NCBI GenBank assembly: GCA_038844785.1
Contig: JAWBRA010000001.1
Location: forward strand, 39,931 to 103,930
Length of the DNA stretch: 64,000 bases
Direction of reading: 5' to 3'
Origin: Candidatus Caldarchaeum sp.
Lineage (GTDB): Archaea; Thermoproteota; Nitrososphaeria_A; Caldarchaeales; Caldarchaeaceae
Below the pieces are notes generated by a model. It was not told the origin of the DNA. It saw nothing but the letters and a program-made list of their open reading frames with translations, and made no database searches. The position numbers and the translations under genes are program-made. Shown here piece after piece: positions 27,142 to 37,552 of this stretch. The first letter of the stretch is position 1. Each line of letters starts with the position of its first letter.

Positions 27142-28707
27142 ATGCGATGGATGGAGGCAGAGTTCGAGGTTAAGCATAAGGATTTACTGGGTCGTGTGGG
27201 TGTTTTGAAGGTGGCTGGAAAAAGGGTTGTGACCCCCGCCTTCGTCCCCGTGATAAACCCCCTAAACCAAGTAATACCTCCGACAGACATGAAGAAAGAA
27301 TTCGGATGCGACATAGTGATAACAAACTCTTACATAATCTTTAAAAGGCTTAGTGCGAGGTCTTCCGAGGGAGTTCACAAGATTATAGATTTTGATGGCG
27401 TTGTGATGACGGATTCCGGCGGCTACCAAGTTCTTCAATATGGTGAGGTCGATGTCCCGCCCGTGGAGATAGCCCGTTTTCAGGAGATGATCGGCTCTGA
27501 CATAGCCGTACCGCTGGACAAGCCTACTGGTCTTGTTGGCAGAAGCGAAGCGGAGAAAACCGTCGAAGAAACGATTCAGAACGTTCGCACGACTATGAAC
27601 GAGGTGGGGACCGGCAGCCGTTGTGTCTGGATGGCGCCTATCCAAGGAGGCGTTTACACCGACCTAGTTGAAAGATGTGTAGACGAGTACAGGGAGATGG
27701 GGTTCAGCCTATACAGTCTAGGAAGCCCAACACCTTTGATGACAGCCTACAGGTACGAGCCCCTCGTCACCATGATAGCGGCCGCTAGGCTGAGGTTAGG
27801 GTTTGGAAAACCTCTGCATCTTTTCGGCGCTGGCCATCCAATGCTGTTCTCTTTTGCTGTTGCTCTGGGGTGTGACCTCTTCGACTCAGCTTCTTACGCG
27901 TTGTTCGCCCTCGAAGACCGCTACATGCTGGCCGACGGAACAGTAAGGCTTGAACAACTTTCAACTCTTCCATGCAGCTGTAAAGTATGTCAGACGATAA
28001 GCGTCAAAGAGCTGCAGAACATGCCTAAGAATGAGCGGTTCAAGCATCTGGCATGGCACAACCTCAGCATGTGTTTTCAAGAGCTGAAGCTAGTCAGGCA
28101 GGCTGTGTGGGAGGGTAGGCTTTTTGAGCTTTTGGAGAAAAGAGCCCGATCACATCCTTCTTTGTACGAAGCATTCAAACAGTTTATTACAGATGAAAGG
28201 TTGGCGGAAGCCTTAACTAGGCTGACACCGATCTCGAAAAAGAGAGGTCTTTTCCTCTTCGACCAGCTAAGCCTGCAGAGACCTGAGGTGAGAAGAGCAA
28301 CGTCGGCTTTGGAGAAATTCGAGACAAAAACCGTGTCAGACAAAGCGGTCTTGATAAACTTCCGGCTGACAACCGTGAAAAACCAGTCGAAGCTTCTGGA
28401 GAAACTCTCCGGCTTTGTTGGTGGTGAAGACTTTGAAATCTACACCTACGGCACGCCTTACGGCTTGGTTCCATACGCCTTAGCCAACGTGTACCCTTAC
28501 TCGCAGACAACCTTCTCCACCGGCCTTGTAAAAGACATGGAGAGAGAGCTCTTCGAGAAAGCCCTTCAAACGCTGCGGAAGAAAATGTTCAAACGAGTTC
28601 TGGTTGTAGAGTGGGGGAAGGATGTCTACCCCGGGTTTACCAAGGGTTTCGTTAGATTTCTCTCTGAAAAGCTTGATGCAGAGGTTTTACATGCCAGACC
28701 CCGATAA
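27142..28707 (+). CDS. tgtA: Archaeosine tRNA-guanine(15) transglycosylase
   Basis: TPAFVPVINP, MTDSGGYQVLQYG, PIQGG, HLFGAGHPM, DLFDSASY, Zn site CSCKVC..H. No obvious C-terminal PUA domain. Confidence 0.93.
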   Translation: MRWMEAEFEVKHKDLLGRVGVLKVAGKRVVTPAFVPVINPLNQVIPPTDMKKEFGCDIVITNSYIIFKRLSARSSEGVHKIIDFDGVVMTDSGGYQVLQYGEVDVPPVEIARFQEMIGSDIAVPLDKPTGLVGRSEAEKTVEETIQNVRTTMNEVGTGSRCVWMAPIQGGVYTDLVERCVDEYREMGFSLYSLGSPTPLMTAYRYEPLVTMIAAARLRLGFGKPLHLFGAGHPMLFSFAVALGCDLFDSASYALFALEDRYMLADGTVRLEQLSTLPCSCKVCQTISVKELQNMPKNERFKHLAWHNLSMCFQELKLVRQAVWEGRLFELLEKRARSHPSLYEAFKQFITDERLAEALTRLTPISKKRGLFLFDQLSLQRPEVRRATSALEKFETKTVSDKAVLINFRLTTVKNQSKLLEKLSGFVGGEDFEIYTYGTPYGLVPYALANVYPYSQTTFSTGLVKDMERELFEKALQTLRKKMFKRVLVVEWGKDVYPGFTKGFVRFLSEKLDAEVLHARPR

Positions 28708-28741
28708 CGTCTAAATACATGGTTCATTACTGTTGTGAGGT

Positions 28742-28815
28742 GGGCCGGTGGTCTAGCCTGGTATGACGCCACCCTGACGCGGTGGAGGTCGGCGGTTCAA
28801 GTCCGCCCCGGCCCA
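28742..28815 (+). tRNA. tRNA-Val(GAC)
   Basis: Acceptor GGGCCGG/CCGGCCC, anticodon arm CCACC-CTGACGC-GGTGG, T-loop GGTTCAAGTCC; no intron, no CCA. Confidence 0.95.
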
Positions 28816-28880
28816 GTTGACAGCTCTATCGGTGTGCCGCGCAGTAAACTGGATTGCCGTCAGCCGTACCGGTTGACAAC

Positions 28881-29366
28881 TTATTGAATGCTTACATCGA
28901 ACTTGTACACACGTGTCCAGGTTCCCGACTCGCCTGACATCCCGGCTTCTTGCCGGACCTTGACGTCTCTGCCCAGCCTGTGGCTTAAAAGCCCTGCGAA
29001 AAATCCTTCATGGAAGCTGCATTCGAAGAGCTTGCCCAGCTCAGGGATTTGGCCACATACCGTGCAGTCTGATATCCTGATCATGAGCGGGTCTTCGCTG
29101 ACTACTTCAAGCTTTCCCAGAACAAGCTTCCGCCATATCTCTGAAAGATGGGTAAAAACAGCTCTCAGGTCAGGTGCTTTGATTGATTCCGAGGCTTTCC
29201 GTCCCATCGTCTCTCCCAGCTTCCTCATCAACTCTTTCGAGCTTATGGAAAACTGTCTCTGGAGAGGGTTTACGGCAGGTGAGAAGAAGGCAACCGAGCT
29301 TACTATGTCACGCCAAAACCTTTCCTCCTCAACCCCGACAACGGACATTCTCAAATATAATCGCAT
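28881..29366 (-). CDS. V4R-like small protein
   Basis: LGKLEV...IRISDCTVC...CSFHEGFFAGLL pattern. Confidence 0.6.
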   Translation of the reverse strand: MRLYLRMSVVGVEEERFWRDIVSSVAFFSPAVNPLQRQFSISSKELMRKLGETMGRKASESIKAPDLRAVFTHLSEIWRKLVLGKLEVVSEDPLMIRISDCTVCGQIPELGKLFECSFHEGFFAGLLSHRLGRDVKVRQEAGMSGESGTWTRVYKFDVSIQ

Positions 29367-29409
29367 TCGCGTAGGATAAAAACCGTTGTGTTAAAGCGTA
29401 CACATTTTC

Positions 29410-30360
29410 CTATGGTTTTATCAACACCTTTAAGGTCTCGCTTGAGGAAGCCTGTTTGAAGGCGTTTTCATAGCTGTCCAGCCTGTATACATCGTCAACT
29501 AGCTTCTCAACCTTGACAACGTTTCTGGCAAGAGCGTTCAACGCTGGCTTGAAAGGCCCGCATCTTGAGCCGACGATTCTGACTTCGTTGACCACCACTG
29601 CTGAAAGATCCAGCTGGTATGTCTGGGCTATGGTGGACTTTAGGATTACGGTACCCCTCGGCTTGACAAGTTCGACCGCTTGGCCGAAGCCTTTCTCCCT
29701 CCCCGTGGCTTCGACTACAAGGTCATAAGAATGAGATGCGGTGTTGCTTGCTTCTTTTAAAGCGTTTATGCCCAATTCTCTGAGGATGTCCAGTTTCCGG
29801 TCATGGCGGCCGTATACGTCAAGCTGCGCCACCAGCGGTGCGAGAACTTGGGCGATCAAGATTCCCAGCCTGCCGTCGCCGAGGACGGCAACTTTCCAGC
29901 TGGGCTCTACTTGAACCTGTTCTAAAACCTCATAGGCCGCTGCCAATGGTTCTGTGAAGACCGCCTGCGTATCGTTTACGTTGTCAGGTACGATGTGAAG
30001 GTTTTGTTCGGGCAGGGTAAGATATTCTGCGAAGGAGCCGTCCCTCCCTCTTATTCCTAGGACTGTCCTCGTAGGACAGTGTCGCATAAGCCCCTTTCTA
30101 CAAAACTCGCAAGTGTTGCAGCCGACGTTTATCTCCCCTACGACCCTCTCTCCTATTAAGGCGGGGTTAGAAGACTCTTCTACTATACCGACAAACTCGT
30201 GGCCAAGCACTCCTCTAAACCCCCCGTAACCCTTCAAAATCTCAAGGTCTGTTCCGCATATTCCGGCGAGAGAAACCTTGATTAAGGCCTCACCCCTCCT
30301 CGTCAGACTGTATTCGTCGACAAGCTTCAATTCTCTACCGTCGAAGTAAAGGGCTCTCAT
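29410..30360 (-). CDS. Zn-dependent medium-chain dehydrogenase
   Basis: GICGTD, GHEFVG, CNTCEFC..C, GDGRLG, GSRCGPF. Confidence 0.9.
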   Translation of the reverse strand: MRALYFDGRELKLVDEYSLTRRGEALIKVSLAGICGTDLEILKGYGGFRGVLGHEFVGIVEESSNPALIGERVVGEINVGCNTCEFCRKGLMRHCPTRTVLGIRGRDGSFAEYLTLPEQNLHIVPDNVNDTQAVFTEPLAAAYEVLEQVQVEPSWKVAVLGDGRLGILIAQVLAPLVAQLDVYGRHDRKLDILRELGINALKEASNTASHSYDLVVEATGREKGFGQAVELVKPRGTVILKSTIAQTYQLDLSAVVVNEVRIVGSRCGPFKPALNALARNVVKVEKLVDDVYRLDSYENAFKQASSSETLKVLIKP

Positions 30361-31154
30361 ATCACGTCGGGGAAAACCACGCCGTAGCCGTTAAGCCTTA
30401 GGTATACCGAGAAAGCAGCCAAAAACGCCAGCAGCAAAACTACCGCATAGTCTAAAGGCCTCATTTTTATCGACAGGTAGTAGGAACGCTTAGCCATCGG
30501 TACAAACCCTCTGGACTCTATCGCCATCGGAAGGTCGCCGAACCTTCTCATCGTTGTTATGAAGAGGGGAGCTATTATAGCGGCTGAGTTTTTCAATCTT
30601 GAAAATATGTTGCCCCCTGCTACGTTCACCCCACGCGCCTGCTGCGCTGCAAGAATCGTAAGCCCATCCCCTACCATAGTAGGGATGAATCTGAAGACAG
30701 CTGAAAACCCGAAGGCTATCGGATACGGGATGCCGAGCCGTGTCATAGCGAGCTCAAGCTCTTCAATCCGCGTCGTCGTGAGCAGAACAAGCCCGGAGAG
30801 GACCATTGCGACCAGTCTGAAGGCCACCGCGACGCCGTACATGACCGACTCTAGCGTGAAGGAGACTCCAAAGAACGTAGCTATGAAAGTTGTTCCACCA
30901 CGTCTGAACAAAGGCCATAGAACCATGCTCATCAGCGCGAGGGAAAGCAGCCCAAACCAAAACAGCTTCAGCTGGCTGAAAGTCCGTGAGGCAAAAACAA
31001 GGGATAACACCGACAACAAAACCAAGCCTGTGTAGAGGGGGTGGTTGAAAACAGACGACCAGATGAAAACGCAGACAACTAGGAATATTTTTGCTCGTGG
31101 GTCAAGCCTGTGCAGGAAAGTGTTTTTGTCTACGTAGAGAATGTATTGAGGCAC
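30357..31154 (-). CDS. ECF transporter T component
   Basis: LHRLDPRAK, RFIP, AQQARG, AIESRGF. Confidence 0.92.
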   Translation of the reverse strand: MPQYILYVDKNTFLHRLDPRAKIFLVVCVFIWSSVFNHPLYTGLVLLSVLSLVFASRTFSQLKLFWFGLLSLALMSMVLWPLFRRGGTTFIATFFGVSFTLESVMYGVAVAFRLVAMVLSGLVLLTTTRIEELELAMTRLGIPYPIAFGFSAVFRFIPTMVGDGLTILAAQQARGVNVAGGNIFSRLKNSAAIIAPLFITTMRRFGDLPMAIESRGFVPMAKRSYYLSIKMRPLDYAVVLLLAFLAAFSVYLRLNGYGVVFPDVI

Positions 31155-31191
31155 GGCCTCCCGCGGAATCGACTAAGCGCCGCCATATAAA

Positions 31192-32865
31192 TTAACCAAT
31201 ACCCGTGTAGTGGAGAAATTCGTCAACCGTAAGATAGGTTTGGCCAAAAAGCTTGTTGGAAAGCTTCACAACAGTGGGAACTTCGATGTCATATTTCTCC
31301 AAGAAATCTATCTGTGAAAAAACCCTGCGCGTAGGGCCGTCCATTATTATTCTTCCTTCCGACATCAACACTGTTCTGTGACAGTATTTTGCCACAACCC
31401 ACATGTCGTGTGTTATTGTTATTATCGTTGTACCTTCTTTACTGAGCTGGGCAACCAAATCCATTAAGGCGGTTGTTTCGCCTGGAGACAGCCCAGTCGT
31501 GGGCTCGTCGAGTATGATTATCCGGGGGTTTAACGCCAGTACCGAGGCTACGGCTACGCGTTGTCTGTCAGCTTTTGGCAGGAAGAAGGGGTCTTCATCG
31601 AGCAAGCCTGATATGCCCAGCATTTCTGAAACCATCTTCACACGCTGCTCGATTTCCTGCAGAGGCATTCCAGCTGCTTTCAAGCCGTACGAAATTTCAT
31701 CCTTCACAGTGCTTGAGAAGATTTGGTAGTCTGGGTTTTGGAAGATGTATCCAACGTCTCTCCCTCTTATCATTACGCCGAATTTCGTCATATCTCTGCC
31801 AAATATCTCAATCCTGCCTTTTGCAGGCTTTAAGATACCGGCTATAAGCTGGGCAAGTGTCGTTTTTCCGCTGCCGTTCTGTCCAATGAGCCCGACAATC
31901 TCAGCCTTGTTCACCGTCAGGTTGACACCGCTGATCACCCACTCTCCCTTCTGGTAGCAAAACCAAATATCTTCAAGCTTTACAGCCGGCTCCTCCGTGT
32001 TTTTATTATGCTCTAACGTCTGTCGTGCCGAAAAGCCTTTTGGAAAAGTATTTAAAGCTTCGGCTAAATCAAGAGGGTAGAGTTTTCTGTCCGGAAATAT
32101 CCGGCTGAATAAAACCGCCGTGTCGGGAGGATGCAGTCCAAGTTCCGACAACAGTTGAACATTGCTCAAAACATTTCTCGTCGGACCCTCTAATATTATT
32201 CTGCCATCGTGCATGACATAGACTTTATCGGCGAAAGCAGCGACTTTTTCTAGGTGATGGTCTACTAGCAAGAGGGATTTTATTACTTTCTGTTCGAGAA
32301 GTCTTCTCGCAACTTCGTATATTTCTCGTTTTCCAGCGGGGTCGAGGTCGCTTGTAGCTTCGTCGAAGATTAATAGTTGGGGTTGGAGGGAGAGGAGCGA
32401 TGCTATGGCGAGTCTCTGTTTCTGACCGCCGCTTAAAGCAAAACTGTACCGTTTCTCCAGTCCTTCGAGGCCGGTGTCACGTATTGCTTTAAAGCATCTC
32501 TCCCGGATTTCTTGAGGTGGAAGCATTAAGTTCTCGGGCCCGAAGGCAACTTCGAGCTCAACGGTCGTTCTGAATAGCTGGGACTCATAGTCTTGAAAAA
32601 CCATGGCGCATTTCCTGCTTATCTCACCCACCCTCTTTCCTTGGGTTGGTTCGCCGTCGACCAAGACTTCGCCCCTGAAGTCGTCGTAGGCTCCCATGTT
32701 AGGTATTATTCCCGCGATGGTTTTGCACAGTGTTGTTTTACCTGCTCCTGTAGGGCCGATGATCGCTGCAACCCCCTCTGATATTTTCAGGCTAACCCCT
32801 TTCAGAGCATAGTCTTTGGCCCCCCTGTACTTTACCCAAACATCCTTAACCTCAACTAAGCTCAT
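31192..32865 (-). CDS. ECF transporter duplicated ATPase
   Basis: Two Walker A motifs (GPTGAGKTT, GQNGSGKTT), LSGGQKQR, FQNPDYQIF. Confidence 0.92.
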   Translation of the reverse strand: MSLVEVKDVWVKYRGAKDYALKGVSLKISEGVAAIIGPTGAGKTTLCKTIAGIIPNMGAYDDFRGEVLVDGEPTQGKRVGEISRKCAMVFQDYESQLFRTTVELEVAFGPENLMLPPQEIRERCFKAIRDTGLEGLEKRYSFALSGGQKQRLAIASLLSLQPQLLIFDEATSDLDPAGKREIYEVARRLLEQKVIKSLLLVDHHLEKVAAFADKVYVMHDGRIILEGPTRNVLSNVQLLSELGLHPPDTAVLFSRIFPDRKLYPLDLAEALNTFPKGFSARQTLEHNKNTEEPAVKLEDIWFCYQKGEWVISGVNLTVNKAEIVGLIGQNGSGKTTLAQLIAGILKPAKGRIEIFGRDMTKFGVMIRGRDVGYIFQNPDYQIFSSTVKDEISYGLKAAGMPLQEIEQRVKMVSEMLGISGLLDEDPFFLPKADRQRVAVASVLALNPRIIILDEPTTGLSPGETTALMDLVAQLSKEGTTIITITHDMWVVAKYCHRTVLMSEGRIIMDGPTRRVFSQIDFLEKYDIEVPTVVKLSNKLFGQTYLTVDEFLHYTGIG

Positions 32866-32884
32866 AAAAAATGGGGTTGTTTGG

Positions 32885-33691
32885 TTAATCCTTAGCTAAG
32901 AGAGCCATTCCCACGGCGAAGATCAAGATGAAGACACCGCCGGTAGCAAGGAGCGACGCGCCGCCGAACCCTACCGTTGGCCCGAAGAACAAAGACTGAC
33001 CCACGCCCAGACCTACAAGAATAGTTATCCAGAGACCTATCACTCCGCTGAAAAACACCAAGGCCGCTCCCAGTCTGTGATAGCTCTTTACCTCCGTTGG
33101 CGTGTACAGGTATCCTTTCATCACGTCGGTCCACAACCATCCAGCCTTCTTAGCCCGAGGATACACAAGGGCCATCAAGATGGGAGCTATTATCGCCGCT
33201 GAGATGAGTTCGTTGAAGAAGATGATGAAAGCCAGCGGCGTGAACGGTACGAAGCCGACAAGCTCCGTCCAATAAGGTATGATGAGGGCTACGACGCCTG
33301 AATGAGTTAACACGACGAACTCGTATTTCGTCAGGCTCGAAGCCGTCCTGCAGTGTGGTTCCTCCTTGAAAAGCCTGTGCCAAAGCTTGTACGGAACAAG
33401 CCCTAGGAAGAAGTTTCCGATGAATCCCCCTATGCTTCCTATGGTCAGGGCGCCGCCTAGGATGTCGAAGCCGATGAGGTTTCCCACGGCGGAGCCCCAA
33501 GCCGCGGCTGGGCCGAACAAGAGGCTTGTGAACGGAGGTATGGCGTTGCCTGGACGCACAGCCGTCACTCCGGGGATTATCCATATCGGAAGAGTTGCGA
33601 AGACAAACAGGAGAGCTGCGTAGAGCCCTGCAGAAACGATGAAGGCCGTGATCATTTGCGTATGCGACCACATTCTAAATAGCTCTTTCAC
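32885..33691 (-). CDS. ECF S component, QueT/QrtT-like
   Basis: MKELFRMW..., IIPGVTAVRPGN, LLFGPAAAWGSAVGNLIG, GFIGNFFLG resemble QrtT-type S components. Confidence 0.7.
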   Translation of the reverse strand: MKELFRMWSHTQMITAFIVSAGLYAALLFVFATLPIWIIPGVTAVRPGNAIPPFTSLLFGPAAAWGSAVGNLIGFDILGGALTIGSIGGFIGNFFLGLVPYKLWHRLFKEEPHCRTASSLTKYEFVVLTHSGVVALIIPYWTELVGFVPFTPLAFIIFFNELISAAIIAPILMALVYPRAKKAGWLWTDVMKGYLYTPTEVKSYHRLGAALVFFSGVIGLWITILVGLGVGQSLFFGPTVGFGGASLLATGGVFILIFAVGMALLAKD

Positions 33692-33777
33692 GGTTCAGAG
33701 ACATCCACAGCTCTAGATAAGCTTTTCAACCATCTTTTGCAACAGTTTTATTCTCGTATCATCGGACGTGTGGTGAA

Positions 33778-34218
33778 TTGTTTGGAAAGGTTTTGGTCGC
33801 GGTCGACGGGTCTGAGTACAGCAGAAGAGCTGTGGCAACAGCTGTCGAGCTGTGTCGAAGGCTTGGGTCCGAGCTTGTCGTGCTTCATGTAGTTCAGCAG
33901 CCTCCCTACCTGTTTGCAGCGGCAGGCGTACCTCCGACAGCGCTTCAGCAGTATTTTCAGGACGCGAGGAAAGAAGGTTGGAAATATGTTGAAGAAGCTG
34001 TTCAGAAAGCTGCTGAAGCCGGTGTCAAAGCTCGTGGAGAAGTTCTTGAAAGACAGCCGTCAGTGGTTGAGGCGATAGCAAGCTTCGCTGCTGATGAAAA
34101 AGTTGATTTGGTTGTAACCGGGACCAGGGGTTTGAGCGGTTTTAAAAAGATTGTTCTGGGAAGCGTTGCTAGCGGCGTTGTTGCCCACGCTCCCTGCTCT
34201 GTGCTGGTTGTCAAATAG
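33778..34218 (+). CDS. Universal stress protein (UspA family)
   Basis: VLVAVDGSEYS, GTRGLSG..LGSVA..V..APCSVLVVK. Confidence 0.93.
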   Translation: MFGKVLVAVDGSEYSRRAVATAVELCRRLGSELVVLHVVQQPPYLFAAAGVPPTALQQYFQDARKEGWKYVEEAVQKAAEAGVKARGEVLERQPSVVEAIASFAADEKVDLVVTGTRGLSGFKKIVLGSVASGVVAHAPCSVLVVK

Positions 34219-34657
34219 AGGGCTTTTGCAGCCCAAATCCCTCAAGCCGACGCAGCACCTCTTCAATAACTTGATCGACTCTCATGCTTTGAACGCCGTG
34301 TTTTGAAACCATCTCCTTGATTATGGCTTCAACTTTTCTGTAGCTTTTGTAGCGTTCGTTAAGGCTGCGCCACTTGACGCCGGCTAAAGGCTTGGCCAAG
34401 GACTCGTCGTATGGGAGGAGGTTTTTCGCCATGAGGAACGCTATTATGGGGTAGCCGACATAGTTTCTGTAAACAGTCCCGTTGTCATCGCAGTTGGCCA
34501 CATGGTTTTCGAGGTCAACGTAAACCTTGTATGTCCTGCTACCCTCCGAAGCGTCGACCTCGGCCTCTTTGTCCGAAATAATCCTCACACGCCCTCCTGC
34601 AACCGCGCCCAACGCTTCCAAAACCTTGATGCGAGGAGGGGTAGCCAGTTTGAGCAT
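34211..34657 (-). CDS. Conserved hypothetical protein
   Basis: PPRIKVLEALGA...DDNGT..YVGYPIIAFLM; ATG 34657 is the likely start. Confidence 0.65.
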   Translation of the reverse strand: MLKLATPPRIKVLEALGAVAGGRVRIISDKEAEVDASEGSRTYKVYVDLENHVANCDDNGTVYRNYVGYPIIAFLMAKNLLPYDESLAKPLAGVKWRSLNERYKSYRKVEAIIKEMVSKHGVQSMRVDQVIEEVLRRLEGFGLQKPSI

Positions 34658-34688
34658 GATTCTCCACAAAACCTGCCGATGTTTCAGC

Positions 34689-35504
34689 CTATATCTTTAT
34701 CCCCTTCTTCATCAGCGCACCTGACATGGCGAAGATCGCAAGCAGTATGTAAACCGTCGAAGCCCCAGGCGCCATACCTGTATAGTATGATGATACTATT
34801 CCTGCAAATATGCAGGACTCACCTATGGCTATGGAGAGGGTGATGGCCTTTTTCATAGATGTGGCGACCAAGGATATTGAGACAGCCGGTAGGACCAGCA
34901 AAGCGGTCACGAGTAGGATTCCCGCTATCTTTACACCGGCCACGATGGAAAGCCCTGAAACAGCGGCCAACAGAAGCTCGTAAAGCTTCACGGGAACCCC
35001 TCTAACTCTTGCCAGCTCCTCGTTGACGGTGAAAATTACTATCTCGCGAAACTTTTTGATTACGAAGAAACCTGTTAGAGAGGCTATCGCCACTCCCGCC
35101 AGCAGGTCGTCTAGCTCGACTAGGAAGACGCTTCCGAACAGGACAGCGTTAAGATTGATCCTAGAACCAGAGGATATTGCTAGAGAGGCTGTTGCACCTC
35201 CTAGGGCTAGGAAAACGGCCAAAGCCTGGTCGCCTGCCATCTTCAAACCTTTCACCATTTGAAGCATTCCGAAAACGGCTACTACTGCCATCGGATACGA
35301 TAAGACTCCGCTGCTCAAACCGACCAGCGCTGAAACGGCTAGGGATGCGAAGACAAAGTGGGAGGAGGCGTCACCTAGGAGCGAAAGTTTCTTGGGGATG
35401 AGGAAGTTGCCGAGCAGGGGTAGTAGAAAGCCTGCTATGGCTCCTGCGGCGAGGGCCCTCACCATAAATGGTTGCTGGAAAAAGTCAATCATTCTCTCGA
35501 CCAT
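34689..35504 (-). CDS. Zn/Mn ABC permease (ZnuB-like)
   Basis: LGDASSH, LFGS, GILLVTALLVLPA. Confidence 0.88.
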   Translation of the reverse strand: MVERMIDFFQQPFMVRALAAGAIAGFLLPLLGNFLIPKKLSLLGDASSHFVFASLAVSALVGLSSGVLSYPMAVVAVFGMLQMVKGLKMAGDQALAVFLALGGATASLAISSGSRINLNAVLFGSVFLVELDDLLAGVAIASLTGFFVIKKFREIVIFTVNEELARVRGVPVKLYELLLAAVSGLSIVAGVKIAGILLVTALLVLPAVSISLVATSMKKAITLSIAIGESCIFAGIVSSYYTGMAPGASTVYILLAIFAMSGALMKKGIKI

Positions 35505-36241
35505 GCATGGCCGTGTCTAAGAGTGTATACGTGAAAGCCGTATATGTTGCAGAGCTGTTCGGACGTGGTTAGCTCGTCGAGCGTGCCATCGTACAATGCT
35601 TCTCTGTTAATACATATAACCCGTGAAGCCAATGTTGATATAGCAGTTACGTCATGGGTTGCGATGACGATTGTTAGTTCACGTTCACTGTGGAGTTTGG
35701 TGAGCAACCGCATAAAAGCTCCAACCCCCATCTGGTCCACGTAAACAGTAGGTTCGTCGAGAAGAAGGAGCTTGGGATTGTTGATTAAAGCTAATGCCAG
35801 CATGGTCTTTTGAAGCATACCGCCCGAAAGGTCGGTCACCCTCTTGTTCAACAATGACGTGGGGTCTTCAACGCCAACCAGCTCGACGGCTTCGGCTGGC
35901 TCCATCCCTTTCCGGCGAATAGCTGCGGCTGTGAGAAGTTCGGAGACATTTAAAGGCGTTTTTTCAAACAATGTTGCTGCGTTCTGCGGCAGGTACCCAA
36001 CCATCCACCAATCTCTGAACCTGCTCACGTCCACTCCAAACAGCTTGACCCTACCCTGCTCAGGCCTTAAGCTGCCGACGATTGTTTTCAACAATGTCGA
36101 CTTACCGCCACCGTTTGGCCCTATGATGAATATCATCTCACCCTCAAACACTTTGAAAGATACGTCTTTCAGGACAGGGGTTTTCCTATCATATGAGACT
36201 GTCACTCTCTCAAACTCAACCACAGGTTTATTTGCTTTCAA
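35489..36241 (-). CDS. Zn/Mn ABC ATPase (ZnuC-like)
   Basis: GPNGGGKST, GYLPQ, LSGG, LLDEP, His-rich tail. Confidence 0.88.
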   Translation of the reverse strand: MKANKPVVEFERVTVSYDRKTPVLKDVSFKVFEGEMIFIIGPNGGGKSTLLKTIVGSLRPEQGRVKLFGVDVSRFRDWWMVGYLPQNAATLFEKTPLNVSELLTAAAIRRKGMEPAEAVELVGVEDPTSLLNKRVTDLSGGMLQKTMLALALINNPKLLLLDEPTVYVDQMGVGAFMRLLTKLHSERELTIVIATHDVTAISTLASRVICINREALYDGTLDELTTSEQLCNIYGFHVYTLRHGHAWSRE

Positions 36242-37139
36242 AGCCCTCCACCAACATGTTTACATTCCATCTCATTATATCAAGGTATGAGCGTCCTTGC
36301 CTCACTTCGTCTAGAGTTAGCGTCTCGCATGTGTAAAGCATTTTTATGGTTAAACCCAGGTCGTTGGCAATGCTGCGGAGTATGGGATGTATATGGCCGT
36401 CCTCCGCGTAAACCACCTTTATTCCGTTTTCTTTTACCAACTTGTATATTTCAGCTAAATGTGCTGCAGACGGCTCCTCTTCCTCGACAGTCAGCAATGC
36501 TCTATAACTTAAACCGTATGATTCTGCGAAGTATTTGAAAGCTTCGTGCTGTGTTATGAAAAGCCTGCCACGGTAAGGGTTCAGCCTCTCGGCGGCTTCC
36601 TTGTCAAGCTGCTCAAGTGAATCCAGGAGCTTGACGGTGTTTTCCTGGATTTTCGGCTTTTTCATGGGAAAGTTCTTCTCCAAAATCTCAGCCGTGTTCT
36701 TCACAATTTTCGCCATGTTTTTCAAGGAAAGCCATACGTGTACGTCGTAACCTGCGTGACTATGCTGTGTATCTATGGGAAGAAGGTCTACCCCCTCGGA
36801 CACTTTGTAGGCTCTGACACCAGCGGCCTTGGCGAGAGAGACAGCCCAGTCATCCAACCCCTCAATAGTCCAAAGTAACACTCTCGACTTCGCAGCTTCC
36901 TTGACCACATCCGGCGAAGGCTCCCAGTAATGTATCTCGACGCCAGGTGGGAGAATTTGGTGAACCGTTATCTCGCCGTCTGAAAGACGGTAGACTATTT
37001 CGGCTAAGAGACCCCATGTTACTGAGACTTGCTCAGGAGGTGTTTGAACAGCTGTCTGCAGCGTGGTTAAAAAAATCAAAGCCCCTGCAACAAGTATGGC
37101 GAAGGCGAGTACGGCTGCGGCTACAATCTTCTTCTGCAT
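36228..37139 (-). CDS. Zn/Mn ABC substrate-binding protein (ZnuA/TroA-like)
   Basis: EIHYWEPSP, DVHVWLS, QHEAFKYF, EPSAAHL; N-terminal membrane anchor. Confidence 0.88.
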   Translation of the reverse strand: MQKKIVAAAVLAFAILVAGALIFLTTLQTAVQTPPEQVSVTWGLLAEIVYRLSDGEITVHQILPPGVEIHYWEPSPDVVKEAAKSRVLLWTIEGLDDWAVSLAKAAGVRAYKVSEGVDLLPIDTQHSHAGYDVHVWLSLKNMAKIVKNTAEILEKNFPMKKPKIQENTVKLLDSLEQLDKEAAERLNPYRGRLFITQHEAFKYFAESYGLSYRALLTVEEEEPSAAHLAEIYKLVKENGIKVVYAEDGHIHPILRSIANDLGLTIKMLYTCETLTLDEVRQGRSYLDIMRWNVNMLVEGFESK

Positions 37140-37552
37140 ATCTCATGGCTCACCTCAAATCCGTGAATGCACTGTTCTGGAAAGCTAAGCTTTTCACACA
37201 GCCGGCGCATAACCTCATCGCCTATCAGGTAGTCTATCTTGGCCGCCTCATTGCATGAGTCTTCAACCTCCAATCCAAGACCTCGGCTGAAATATGTTTC
37301 AAGCACACGATGGTTGTGGATTATGCGTGCCGCCAATGACAGACCTTTTTTGCTCAAAGCGATTTTCCCCCAGCCTTGTTTTTCAACGAGCTTTTTCCTG
37401 GCAAGCCTGTGCATTACGTCTACTACTGAGGCGGGTCTGACGTTGAATATTTTGGCTAAATGTCCTGTGCTGATTTCGAGGGAGTTTTCACCTGCTCTGT
37501 ACATCTCTCTTAGGTAGCTTGCTTCCACAGGGTTGAGCGTGATTTTAGGCAT
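37121..37552 (-). CDS. DtxR/MntR-family metal-dependent repressor
   Basis: SYLREMY, PASV, HRVLETYF, PEQCIHG. Confidence 0.88.
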   Translation of the reverse strand: MPKITLNPVEASYLREMYRAGENSLEISTGHLAKIFNVRPASVVDVMHRLARKKLVEKQGWGKIALSKKGLSLAARIIHNHRVLETYFSRGLGLEVEDSCNEAAKIDYLIGDEVMRRLCEKLSFPEQCIHGFEVSHEICRRRL

